DNA of 64,000 nt from Hemiscyllium ocellatum (Eukaryota): positions 3,508,117-3,572,116 of the forward strand of contig NC_083410.1 of NCBI RefSeq assembly GCF_020745735.1, written 5' to 3'. The notes beneath the pieces are model-generated. The model saw only the letters and a list, made by a program, of their open reading frames with translations, made no database searches and had not been told where the DNA came from. The first letter of the stretch is position 1. Each line of letters opens with the position of its first letter. Of this stretch, positions 1 through 11,677 are shown in pieces. Made by a program: the position numbers and the translations under genes.

Positions 1-334
1 TCCCTGACTACCATGCTGAAAAAGTCCTCTTTGTTCCCATTCTCTGCCTTCTGCCAGTCTGTGAATCCTCTATTCAACCCTGAACACTGTGGGTTCTTAC
101 TCTATTCAGCAGCCTCCTTTATGCCATCTTGTCAAAGACCTTCTGGAAATCCAAATAAATCATGTCCACAGGATCTCCATTGTCTAACTTACTCACTACC
201 TCCCCAAACAATTTGAACAGATTTGTCAGGCATGACCTCCCCCTTGGTGAAGGTGTGCTGACTCTGTCCTATTTTACTGTGCACTCCCATGATTCCATGG
301 GAAAAAGAAACATAGTGCCATGAAGAAAGCTGTA

Positions 335-622
335 TCAACAAAAATCAATCACCTTTTTATTGGAATGATGGTTAATCTGATTGTAATTTGCATAGATTTC
401 TTCATCAGTATCGCATTTCATGACTTTCTGTTGCTGTTTTTCAACTTCTCTGTCACGCCTGCATTTTCCTGGAACTGCTTTAGTCCCCTGCATTTGGCTA
501 TTGCTGCAACATTTTTCATCAAAGCTGTAGTATGTTGGGTTTTTGCTTGAAATGATTCCATCATTTGGGGAGTTATAGGCAACTTGTTGGGTTGTTCTTG
601 ATTTCTTAGGCTTCTCGAGAAC
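335..622 (-). CDS. Candidate terminal cytoplasmic exon of the minus-strand VJ receptor (95 aa, Tyr motifs)
   Basis: Acceptor ttcctgatttcgttttttttgaag|GTT. Phase-0 frame reads VLEKPKKSRTTQQVAYNSP...PTYYSF...DEEIYANYNQI...VIDFC*. Linkage to the gene is unproven and a second frame is also open. Confidence 0.35.
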   Translation of the reverse strand, partial: VLEKPKKSRTTQQVAYNSPNDGIISSKNPTYYSFDEKCCSNSQMQGTKAVPGKCRRDREVEKQQQKVMKCDTDEEIYANYNQINHHSNKKVIDFC

Positions 623-1714
623 CTTCAAAAAAAACGAAATCAGGAAGGTTACTTTGAGTAGCATAATAAATGATACTTTAATCTCCCTCACATTGAATCT
701 CAGGTATTGGACTTGCAGAAGACATTCAAGAAGGTACCTCACAAAAGGTTAAATCATAAGATAAGAGTTCACCACATTGGAAGTAGTACAATGGCGTGTA
801 TAGAGAATTGGCAAACAGGCATTGAATGGTGAGTGAATATAAAGGGGAGATCTGTGCCCATTGATTTCCACAGGGATCAGTGCTGGGGAACTGTAACTGT
901 TTACAATCTGTATTAGTATCTGGGAGGAAGGAAGAGAATGTACAGTACCCAAATTTGCAGATGACACTAAAACATTTGGGAAGGTAGGTCATGAGAGGGA
1001 CACAAATAGTTTGCAGAGAGGAACAGAAGTTTGAACAAATGCTTCACCAGGTTTAAGATTAATTTCTTCCCTGCCATTATTACACAGTTGAATGGAACCT
1101 TTAGCTTCAAATAATGTTGATCTTGTTTTGTGAACCTCATGTGCAGCTGTAACCTTGTATGTCTCGCTTTGCCTAAGCACCCTATGACTTGAATGCCCTT
1201 GTTTGGTATGATATACTTGGACTGCTCGCAAAACAAAGCTTATTTTACTGTATTTATGTACATGGGCCTAAAATAAATCAAATAAAATAAAGGTTAATAA
1301 TTTGGGCCTGCAGTGTGATTTGGACAAGCTAAGAAAATGGGCAAATACATGACAGACACAGTTTAAATGTAGATCCAAGTGAGGTCGTCTCCTTTGGTAG
1401 CAAAAACAGGGAGACAGATTATTATCAGAATGGTGGTAGATTGGGAAAGAGGGAGGTGCAATGTGACCTGAGGGTCCTGGTGAACCAGACACTGAAAGAA
1501 AGCATATAAGAGCAGGAGGCAGTGAAGAAGGTAACTGGAATGTTGAGAGGATTTGAATACAGGAACAGGTGTGTTTTGCTGCAATTGTACAGAGTCCTGG
1601 TAAGACCAGACCTGGAATTTTGAGCGGAGCTTTGGTGTCCTTATCTGAAGAAGGATGTTGTGGCTAAGGAAGGAGTGCAGGAAAGGTTCACCAGACTGAT
1701 TCCTGGAGTGGCAG

Positions 1715-2032
1715 TTAGATTAGATTAGATTACTTACAGTGTGGAAACAGGCCCTTCAGCCCAACAAGTCCATACCGACCCGCCGAAGCGCAACCCACCC
1801 ATACCCCTACATTTAACCCTTACCTAACACTACGGGCAATTTAGCATGGCCAATTCACCTGACCCACCCATCTTTGGACTGTGGGAGGAAACCGGAGCAC
1901 CCAGAGGAAACCCACGCAGACACGGGGAGAACGTGCAAACTCCACACAGTCAGTCACCTGAGGCGGGAATTGAACCCAGGTCCCTGGCGCTGTGAGGCAG
2001 CAGTGCTAACCACTGTGCCACCATGCCGCCCT
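1715..2032 (-). mobile_element. Full-length HE1-type tRNA-derived SINE
   Basis: On the minus strand: A-box-like tggcacagtggttagca, B-box-like ggttcaattcc, and a (TCTAA)n tail (ttagattagattag on plus). Body matches the other copies in the window. Confidence 0.85.
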
Positions 2033-2221
2033 AACAGTAGAGCTGTTTGCAATTTTCCACACGGGAGGCGAACACGATCATGACAGCAGAGACAATTTGG
2101 CACTTTCCCACTCCACAGTTAATTCCCCGGGAAGCAAATCAAATTTTGTTTTGAAAAGAAGTACAGCGGGGATGGAAACAGCATTTTAACCAGCTGTGCT
2201 GTTGCAGTTGATCAGTAGAAA

Positions 2222-2303
2222 TGGCAGTGGTGGGATTCGAACCCACACCCCTGTCGAGACTGGAACCTTAATCCAGCGCCTTAGACCGCTCGGCCACACT
2301 ACC
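2222..2303 (-). tRNA. tRNA-Leu-AAG: tRNA-Leu, anticodon AAG, 82 nt
   Basis: Reverse complement GGTAGTGTGGCCGAGCGGTCTAAGGCGCTGGATTAAGGTTCCAGTCTCGACAGGGGTGTGGGTTCGAATCCCACCACTGCCA. All stems pair, long variable arm, intact A and B boxes. Confidence 0.93.
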
Positions 2304-3710
2304 TGATGTAGAAGGAGCTACTGAATTGGTTAGGATTATATTCACTGAAGTTCAAAGAATGATGGGGTAATCTCATAGAAACCTATAAAACGCCCAGGAC
2401 TAGACAAGATAAATATATGAAGGATGTTCCTGATGACAGAATCTAGAACCAGGGGTCATAGTTTAAGAATCAACAGTGGGCCATTTAGGACAGAGAGGAA
2501 GAAAAATGTCTTCAATCAGAGATTGGAGAGCCTATGGAATTCTCTGCCACAAAAAATGATTCAGGCCAAAGCATTATATATTTTCAAAAAGAAGTTAGAT
2601 ATAGTTCTTAGGGCTAAAGGGACCAAAGGGTATGGGGAGAAAGTGGGATCGGGGACTGAGTCGGATGATCAGCCATGGTTCTACTGAATGGCCTACCCCT
2701 GCTACTAACTTCAAGGTTTCTATATCAGGCAAGTTTCACAGGGCAGGGTCTGTATGCGTGCCTGGGCTTCAGTCAAGGAAACAAGCTTGGAAGGAGAGCC
2801 ACTTCTGGAGCAGCTGACTCCTTGTTGAGGGAAGGTTTTGTTTTGAAACTTGTCCTTTTTGGTGATGGGCTGCAGCAGCCCCTCTGAGAGAACCTGGATT
2901 TCATGCTTCCTGCTTTACTCAACCCCAATCAATTTCCCTGAAGCTGCTGTGTCTCTTCTTCATGGTACACAAGACCACGGTGTGGGATGGGAGGGGGGAA
3001 GGGTTCCTGTGAATTAGTTCTTGTGAACTTGAGATAGCATTGGGCATTGTTTTATTTTAAGGAGATCAATAAAAACATAGCACAAGTCTTTTCAGCCAGG
3101 CATTTTGTGAATGCCACACTTCTTGATGGTAGGCAATACTCCCCATCCCGTGCCCTGGGTCACGTTGTGGTTTGTAGTTTGGATAATGTTTGGAGTAGCT
3201 GCTGCTCAGTTGTCTGAAAGGAAGGAGTTCTCAGCTCAGCTCTCCTGTTTCAAGAAAAATCTTTCATTGTGAAACTTGATTGTTCTCTTGGAGAGTGACT
3301 GGAGGAGTTCTCACTTTCTGTACTGCCTTTCCTCAGCAAACTGGAAGTTACAAAGATCCCATAAATAACTGCCTCGATTCGGGGACAGCCACCCACACAA
3401 ACCAAAAGGCCAGAGCACCTTTGAGGGGGAAGGTGATGGCCTTGTGTTATATCACTAGACCATTAATTCAAAAACCAAGTAATGTTCTGGGAACCTGAGT
3501 TCAAATCCTTTTCATGGCAGCTGGGGGTGTTTGGATTTAAAAAAAGTCAAGAGTTATGAAATGAAATGATTTTTGGGGGAAGCCTATATGGTTCACTTAA
3601 GTCCTTTAGAGAAGGAAACTGCTAACTTTCCCTGGCCTGACATTCATTTGACTCCAGACCCACATTAATGTTACTCCCTGGACTTTCAGGATTGTCAGCC
3701 TTGTCAGCAA

Positions 3711-3931
3711 CTAGGAGATAATGAGAACTGCAGATGCAAGAGAGTCAACGTGGATAAAGATGGAGCTGGAGAAAACACAGTAAGTCAGACAGAATCAGAA
3801 GAGGAGGGGAGTTAATTTTCAGGTTGTAACCCTGCATCAGGACTGATGAAAGGTTACAACCTGAAACATCCACTCCCCTCTTCTTCTGATGCTCTCTGAC
3901 CTGATGTGCTTTTTATCAGCTCAACTCTTTA
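3711..3931. mobile_element. ~220-bp Penelope-terminal-repeat-like hairpin mini-element with a hammerhead core
   Basis: Imperfect inverted arms 3753-3840 and 3843-3933. CTGATGA-aaggttacaacct-GAAA-CATC at 3843. Flanking direct repeat tcagcc(tt/gc)gtcagcaa at 3695-3710 and 3932-3947. Confidence 0.6.
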
Positions 3932-4716
3932 TCAGCCGCGTCAGCAATGCCCACATTCCATGGATGGATTTTTAAAAAAATTCACACCCTCAACAATGAG
4001 CCATATTAGCCAGAAATGTTTGTTTTTTTCTCTCTCAAGTGAACCTCTTCAGAGAGAGAGAGAGAGAGAGATGTTTATTTTGCTCTCCTTTCTGTGTGTT
4101 TTGGGGCATTTACAGAGCTATATATACACATATATATTCCAGTATATAATGTCAGTCTTTCTGTAGGTGGCATTGTGATTTTAACACAATTAAAATAGTC
4201 CATATACTGCTTGAAACTCTGTGTTGTGGACAGGTATCCTGGTTTATCATCAGAGATTATCTTCCCAACATTGTAAAACAAAGGCCACATGATGTTTGAA
4301 TGTTTAAAATACTCCCCAACTCTGCTTACTCGATCAAAAACAGACACTGTTGGATAACCTCACAGGTGTGGCAGCATGTGTGGGAAGAAAGCAGAGTGAA
4401 CATTTTGGGTCCAGTGAGCCTTTATGAGGACAGTTTATCAGCTCTGATAAAGCGTCATTGGACCTGAAATATTAACTCTGTTCGTCTTTCCACAGCTGCT
4501 ACCAGGCTTGTGAATTCCTCCAACAGTTTCTGGTTTTGTTTCAGATTTAAAGCATTCACATTTCTTGGTTTGATTGCACACCTGCTCCATCCCACTCGAT
4601 ATCCCCAAGTCAGAAGTCATCCCACTTTCAGGTAAAAGTGCTAGAGCTCCATCGGGTGCATTTCCTGCTGCTGTCCATTTTCTCAGTGGCCTACACAGTG
4701 TGATGTTGTAGTTCAA

Positions 4717-5610
4717 CACATCTCCAAACAGACCCCACAACCAAGGATATATTTTCCTCCCCTCCCCTATCACGCTTTCGGAAAGACCACTCCCTTTGTG
4801 ACTCCCTCGTCAGGTCCACACCCCCCACCAACCCAACCTCCACCCCCGGCACCTTCCCCTGCAACCGCAAGAAATGCAAAACTTGCACCCACACCTCCCC
4901 CCTCACTTCCCCCCAAGGCCGCAAGGGATCCTTCCATATCTGTCACATATTCACCTGCACCTCCACACACATCATTTACTGCATCCACTGCCCCCGCTGA
5001 GGCCTCCTCTATATTGGGGAGACAGGCCGCCAACTTGCGGAACATTTCAGAGGACACCTCTGGGACACCCGCACCAACCAACCCAACCGCCCTGTGGCTG
5101 AACTCTTTAACTCCCCCTCCCACTCCACCAAGGACATGCAGATCCTTGGCCTCCTCCATCACCAGACCATGGCAACACGACGCCTGGAGGAAAAGCACCT
5201 CATCTTCCGCCTAGTAACCCTCCAACCACAAGGGATGAATGCAGATTTCTCCAGCTTTCTCATTTCCCCTTCCCCCACCTTATCTCAGTCCCAACCCTCA
5301 GACTTAGCACCACCTTCTTGACCTGCAATCTTCTTCCCGACATCTCCGCTCCCCCCCCCTCCCCCTCTCTGGCCTATCACCCTCACCTTAACCTCCTTCC
5401 ACCTATCACATTCCCACATCCCTCCCCCAAGTCCCTTCTCCCTACCTCTTATCTTAGCCTGCTTGGCACACCCTCCTCATTCCTGAAGAAGGGCTTATGC
5501 CCGAAACATCGATTCTCCTGCTTCTTGGATGCTGCCTGACCTGCTGTGCTTTTCCAGCAACACATTTTTCATCTCTGATCTCCAGCATCTAAAGTCCTCA
5601 CTTTCTCCTA
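4717..5610 (+). mobile_element. 5'-truncated Penelope-like element (GIY-YIG endonuclease plus terminal repeat), disrupted
   Basis: Translates PGTFPCNRKKCKTC...HIIYCIHC...LLYIGETGR with an internal stop. Homologous to 53435-54898. Tail ctgaagaagggcttatgcccgaaacatc. Confidence 0.9.
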
Positions 5611-5899
5611 GTTCAACACAACACTGCAACATGACAGTGAATGTATACCCACAGATCAAATACTGCTTCTTTCAGAGTCATATAACAGTGTCTGCCTCCA
5701 TTATGGGGAAACAATCAGTTCAATACAGTATGAAGAACACCACACTTCAATCACAGGGCAAGGCAAGAAGAAAGTCCTCTAGAAATACCCACAGATGGCA
5801 CACAGAGTGACGAACACCATGATCATTGCTTTGCTGCCCCATCTGAAACATTGAGCTGAATGAGCTGCAAAACACCTGGCACAAAACAACCCAACCAAC

Positions 5900-5973
5900 C
5901 TGTGTGTCTCCAGGAAGAGGGGTGCATTCACAATCCATGGTTCGCAAAGTGTCAACAGAACGAGTAGCTGAGG
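5900..5973 (-). CDS. Candidate 74-bp cytoplasmic exon (phase 1 to 0)
   Basis: Acceptor ctttttctctcttacag|CC and donor CAG|GTTGGT. Reads xSATRSVDTLRTMDCECTPLPGDTQ, and the exit phase matches the 622 acceptor. Confidence 0.35.
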
Positions 5974-6289
5974 CTGTAAGAGAGAAAAAGGTCACCAAGA
6001 CTGAGGATAGACAAAAGGACAGAAACATCAAGTTCTGTTGCACTCAAATAGTCACAGAGACATGCAACACAGAAATACACCCTTCAGTCCAAGTCGTCCA
6101 TGCCACCTTAATCCCAAATTAAACTAGTTCGACCTGCCAACACTTGGTCCATGTCTCTCCAAACATTTCTTATTCATGTACTTATCTAAATGTCTTTTAA
6201 CTGATGTAACTGTACCCACATCCATCTCTTCCTCTGTAAATTAATTCTACATTGGTGCAGGGGAACAAGATTCATATCTTTGGATCACT

Positions 6290-7565
6290 GGAATCTCTTC
6301 TGGGTAGAAGTGACCTGTATAAGATTAGATTGCACCTGAATTGGAAGGGGACTAATATACTGGCAGCGAGATTTGCTAATGCATTTAAACTTGTAAGGGG
6401 GTAGGGTGGGACCTCAGGAGATAGTGAGAAAAGAGATCAGTCTGAGACTAGTACAGTTGGGAAAAGGAATGAGTCAAACAGTCAGGGCAGGCAGGAACAA
6501 AGCAGAGACCAAGGAAGGACTGATAAATTAAACTGCAAGAGGCCGAACAAGTAAAGTAGATGAACTCAGGGCAAAGTTGGAAATATGTGACTGGGATATT
6601 ACAGCAATTACAGCGATGTGGCTCAAGGTTGGACAGGACAGGCAGCTTAATGTTCCAGGGTTTAGATCTTATTGGAAGGATAGGAAGGGGGCAAGAGAAG
6701 AGAAGCAGTGACCTTTTTGATTAGGGATAATATTACAGCTGCACGTAGGGAGGACGTTCCTGGGAAGTTATTTGAGTGGAACAGAGAAACAAGAAAGGGA
6801 TGATTAACTTATAGGAATTGTAATATAGAGTCAGCATGGAATTGTGAATCACACTTGTACAGAGATCACAGTTATCTGCAAGAATAATAGCGTGGTTATG
6901 GTAGGGGATTTTAAGCATAGACTGGACTGCCATTGTGTTAAGGGTTGGATGGAGAGCAATTTGTTAAGTAAATGCAAAAAAAAAATTTCTGATTCAGTAT
7001 GTGGGTGTACCTACTAGACAAGGCAAAAAACTTGACCTGCTCTTGGAAAATAAGGCAGAGTAGGTGACTGAGGTGTCAGTGGGAGAACACTTTGGGACCA
7101 GCAACCGTAATTCTATTAGTTTTAAAATAATATTGGAAAAGGATTGACTGGATCTAAAAGTTAAATTGGAGGCATACTAATCTTGACAGTATTAAGCCAG
7201 AAATTTCAATTGTTGATTGGGGCAGTATTTGCAGGTAAAGGGATGGCTGGAAAATGTACAGCTTTCAAAAATGAGATGATGGGAGTCCAGAGACAGTATG
7301 TTCCTGCTGAAGGGCAAAGCTGGGAAGTCTAGGAAATGCTGAGTGACTCGAGGAATTGACATTTTCGTTAAGAATAAGAAGGAAGCATATGTCAGGAATA
7401 AACCACAGTGATTGAGTGAATATCTAAAAGAGAATAAAGGCAGTTGGAGTATTCTTAAGAGTGAAGTCATGAGGACAAAAAGGAGACATGAGATAGCTTT
7501 GGCAAATGCGATTAAGGAGAATCTAAAGGGATTCTATAAATACATCAAAGACAAAAGGGTGACCA
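6290..7565 (+). mobile_element. Decayed CR1 ORF2 5' part (APE endonuclease region)
   Basis: Frameshifted WDITAIT..W..GQD.QLNVPGF motifs and lacttgacctg 'LDL' region typical of CR1 endonuclease. Confidence 0.7.
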
Positions 7566-8102
7566 CAGAGAGAATTTCTTAAACGGCTGCTGTCCCTGAA
7601 CTGTAGGTTGACCCACAATGCCCTTCAGGAAGGAATTCTAGGATTTATTTCCATGTTGGGTTGGTGAGTGGCTTGGATGGGAACTTATAGCAGTTGGTAT
7701 TTCAATATATTTACTGCCCTCATCCTTCTAGATGGAAGTGGCCTTGTGTTTGGAATGTGCCATTTGAAGGTCTTTGTTGAATTTCTTGAAGATGGTACTC
7801 ACTGCTGTGACTGAGGGTCAGTGGTGGAGGGACTGAATGTTAAAATGCTGCAGATACAGGAAACCTAAAATAAAATCAGAAATGCAATTGGACTTTCAGA
7901 CATGAGACAGCATTAGCCCTTTCCTTTGGTTGTGTACTTCTGTGAACAACTCTCCATCTCTAAAATCTTGCATTTCTGATAAAAAACAACTTGATCTCTC
8001 TTTCTTTCTTCACAGAGGCTGCCTCTGATGCTTCCAACATTTCTCTTCCCCGCCTCTTCCTCCACCTTCAATAATGAGACAAATTCTCCCCAAGTGGCCA
8101 TT

Positions 8103-8263
8103 TCAGTGAAAGATTGATTTCCACCTACAGCATGACAGTTCCTGACACCGAGTGCGTCTGATACAGAAGAGAACAGTGGCTCCAGCGATGACAATAGCTC
8201 CCAGTACAGCCCCCACAGCGATCCAGACAATCCACAGCTCTCTGTTCATTGCCACTGCAGGAA
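8103..8263 (-). CDS. Stalk/transmembrane exon of VJ receptor gene 1
   Basis: Acceptor ctgtttctctgtttgcag|TT, phase 1, matching the VJ donor. Reads IPAVAMNRE-LWIVWIAVGAVLGAIVIAGATVLFCI-RRTRCQELSCCR. Donor AG|GTGGAA at 8125/8124, or read-through WKSIFH* with the stop ending at 8103. Confidence 0.85.
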
Positions 8264-10039
8264 CTGCAAACAGAGAAACAGATCAACTACAGGAAAAAGA
8301 ATGAAACCAATCCCAACCTTTTCTTGATTGACTTCTGGGATGTCTGACCTTATGCTCGAAGGAAGATGAAACAGTTGAAGATAGTTGGCCCTTGGACACA
8401 ACCTGAGGAACTCACACAGATGCCACAACCAACTCTCTTTTGGCTCTTATAGGTGAGGAGGGGGTGATCAATGTCTCCCTTCTAACTCCCTTCTCGATCA
8501 TTCACATCAATGGAGGGAGAAGGTGGGAGGGTCTGGGTTTGGGTGGGATGTTCTTCAGAGGGCCAGTGCAGACCCAGAGGGGTGAATGGCCTTGTTTCCA
8601 CGCTGTCTGAATCACTTTACAAGATTTTCTTGATGGCTAAAAGAGAGTTGACTTTTGTAATCTACTGATCTGAAAGATATCATCAAAATGTATATCATCA
8701 AAATGCACACAAGTAAAGAAATAAACTTGCAAAGAAATGGGGAGGTGCATCTGTACTGAAAGGAAGTTAGTCAATGCAGTTAAAATTCGACAGTCCCTAT
8801 TCCCCACAATCCTAACATCTCCCCACCACGAAGATGCATCCTGAGCAATCTGTTCCCTTTTTCTCTGTTGAAGATTCCATTAAATCATCAATATGAAATC
8901 ACAAAGATTTTGACAAAAGATGCTCACATTCCCTGTGAAATAACTCTACAGAAGTGATATCCTGTCAACAAGTCACCCTTTATTTACATGTTGATCATAT
9001 TTAACACTGATCCAGTTCTGCTAGAGCCAGCTTGCAGAGTGAACACAACCCCGGCACTTCTGTTTCTATTTGCCAGCCTGAACTCCCTGGTTGAACCAGA
9101 TTAACAGTCCCAATCAGAGAATTCTGAGGTCCACCTGTCTGACTCTGTTCCAGTCATACACCTTCTCTTTCTTTTCACCCTAATCTGCATTTAAAACCTA
9201 CAGGGCAAGCATTTATTGCCCTTCCCCAATTAACCAGAGGGCAATTAAAAGTAATCCACATTGCTGTGGGTCTGGAGTCATGTGTAGGCCAGACCAGGTA
9301 AGGGCAGCAATAGTGGAGCAAACTCAAAAGGCCAAATGGCCTAATTCTGCTCATTTATCTTATGGTTGATAATCTTCCTTCCCAAAGGGACATAAATGAA
9401 CCAGATGGGTTCTTTCTGACAGGAAACAACAGTTTTATTATCATCATTTAATTCTCAATTTGAGATTTTATTGAGTTCAAATGCCAACATCTTCCGTGGT
9501 GGGATTCATACTCATGTCTCCAGGACATATATCTCTGGATTAATAATCTAACCATACACCTCTTGGAAAACATCTCCACCAATTGTTTGTTTCAGACTTG
9601 CTCTAGTCTTACTGTGCTGTTTTTTCTCTGTTGGGGAGTATATTTTGCTCCAAGCTGAATCATTTGTCAATGCAGTTTGAGAGCAGCTGAACTCTGAGCA
9701 GACCCATTACAAGTCCACTCTCTGAGTAAACTTTAATGGGTTATCCCTCTATACTTGATCTCATAAGGACTTTTATCAGCATATTGGCATTTCCTTTGTT
9801 CCTAAGGTGGAAAATCTTCCATTTCTCCACGAGGGACAGCTGTAACCACCCAATGTCTTGGAAAACACTAATTTCTCTCTGCAGGTGCTCCAACAGCCTA
9901 TAGTCTGCCTTCCTTTTGATGCTGGCCCCTGGCAGTTATTCTGGTCGACAGTCATGTCTGAGCAAGCAGTGACGCCTCCCTTGATGTGACAGATACTCAT
10001 TGGAAATGGCAATGTATACATGTACGGTTAGGAAAATCA

Positions 10040-10640
10040 TATAGTCATGCAGCATAGAATATAAAAGCAGGATGTACTTCTGAGGCTCTATAAGACTCTG
10101 ATCAGACCACATTTGGAATATTGTGTGCAGTTTTGGGCCCCACATCTCAGGAAGGATGTACAGGCCTTGGAGCATTTTCAGAGAAGGTTCACAAAAATAT
10201 TCCAGGAATCAAAAGCTTAACATAACTTTTGAGTACTCTGGGTTTATACTCGATGAAGTTTAGAAGGATGAGGTGGGATCTAATTGAAACATACAGAATA
10301 CTGAATGACATGTACAGAGTAGATGTGGGAACATGTTTCCATTGATCAGAGAGACTAGGATCCGAGGGCACAGTCCTAGAGTAAAGGGAACTCCTTTTAG
10401 AATGGAAGTAAGGAGAAATGTCTTCAGTCACAGAGTGGTGAATTGATGAAATTCATTGCCATAGAAAGCTGTGAAGGCCAGGTCATTGAGTATATTTAAG
10501 ACAGAGATAGATAAGTTCTTCATTTTCAAGGGAATCAAAGGTTACGGGAAGAAAGCAGAAGAATGGGATTGGGAAACTTATCAGCCATGATTGAATGTAG
10601 AGAAGACTCAATGGCCTAGTTTCTGCTCCTATGTCATATG
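10040..10640 (+). mobile_element. CR1 3' fragment
   Basis: [15 protein letters not shown]...RGHSL-type coding remnants. Paralog at about 41690-42290. Confidence 0.8.
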
Positions 10641-11677
10641 ATCTTATGGTCTCAAAAAGGCCCTTTGGCCCACCATCTGCATGCTGATCAATAAACCCTA
10701 AACTACATTAATCCCATTTACCTGCACCTGGTCCATCACTGACTGTACCCTGACATTTGAAGCGCCCGTCCAGAAGTTTCTTCAATGTGGTGAGAGTATG
10801 TGCCTCTACACCTCTCCCCCCACCCCACCTCCACCGCTCTCAGGCAGCACCTTCCATATTTCTACCATCCACTTTGGGAAAAAAAACATTCCTTAGATCT
10901 CCTCTAAGCCACTTACTCCTTCCCTTAAACTTATACCTCCTTAAACATGTGTATTGTGGGGAAAAGATTCTCATAATCTTCTCTGTCTATGTTACTACAA
11001 CCTCAGGTGTGGGTGGGACTTGGATGCTGGCCTCTTGTCTCAGAGGCTGCAACACTACAACTGCACCACAATGGCCTTTTTATGTTAGTGTCACACTAAA
11101 TTTATTCCCATTAAAGCCACATGTCAGATGCTTTATTGTCTTGTTATACAGCTTACTTCTCAAAATAATAGAATCCCCAGAGTGTGGAAAGAGGCCATTC
11201 ATCCCAAGGCACCATGGCTCAGTGCTTAGCAATCCTCCTGAGCCATTGTGCCATCTCTCACCAGCCACTCCTTCCCATTTCCATGGAGGAAACCTTTCCC
11301 TTCTTCTCTGTCTCTCACAAATAAGTGGCTGTGCCTTCATGAAACCTCCACATCTAAGTGGAAGTTCTTGCTATGTTTTATACAATACAACGGTTCACCT
11401 TTCTTTGTCAAAAAAGCAGTCTTCAGCCAAGCTGTGAATTATATTCCCACCCACCAAGGTTGGAGAGAGCTTGAGCATTGCTGCAGCAGGTGCAATTCTG
11501 CTCTTCTGACAAACCCCCAGATGTGAGGAGGCTCCTTGTAGGGGTTTTCATTTCCCCCTCCTGTTACCTTCCCCCAGCCCCACAAACCCACACCAAACCC
11601 TTCCCTTGTTCATTGGTCTGGTGCTTGTGATCATGCTGTCCCTGTGAGCCTGCCAGTGGGATCGAATATTTACTTAC

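Larger units (their letters stand above)
1280..2700 (+). mobile_element. Decayed CR1 LINE 3' region, interrupted at 1715-2303 by a SINE and a tRNA-containing insert
   Basis: CR1 RT C-terminal sequence (aaggttcaccagactgattcctgg...; ORF 2424-2687 ESRTRGHSLRI...). It breaks at 1714 and resumes at about 2304. Confidence 0.75.

Noticed and set aside
2750-3260. Additional minus-strand acceptors (about 2883 and 3220) as tail exons
   Set aside because: All frames are stop-poor here, with no convincing donor or paralog support. Cannot be distinguished from chance.
4770-5214. Pro-rich and Gly/Val-rich ORFs (also 53624-54533)
   Set aside because: Alternative frames of C-rich Penelope coding sequence.
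7790-7830. 30-bp phase-2 mini-exon with a GTGAGT donor
   Set aside because: Lies within a common LINE 3' fragment.
7913-8230. ORF-track proteins overlapping the TM exons (also 38207-38398 and 38299-38550)
   Set aside because: Wrong frames of the real TM exon.
8349-8402. 54-bp Ser-rich segment (VVSKGQLSSTVSSSFEHK) as a stalk exon
   Set aside because: It is open only in phase 0, while VJ and TM need phase 1 (which hits a stop). The donor is not conserved in copy 2.
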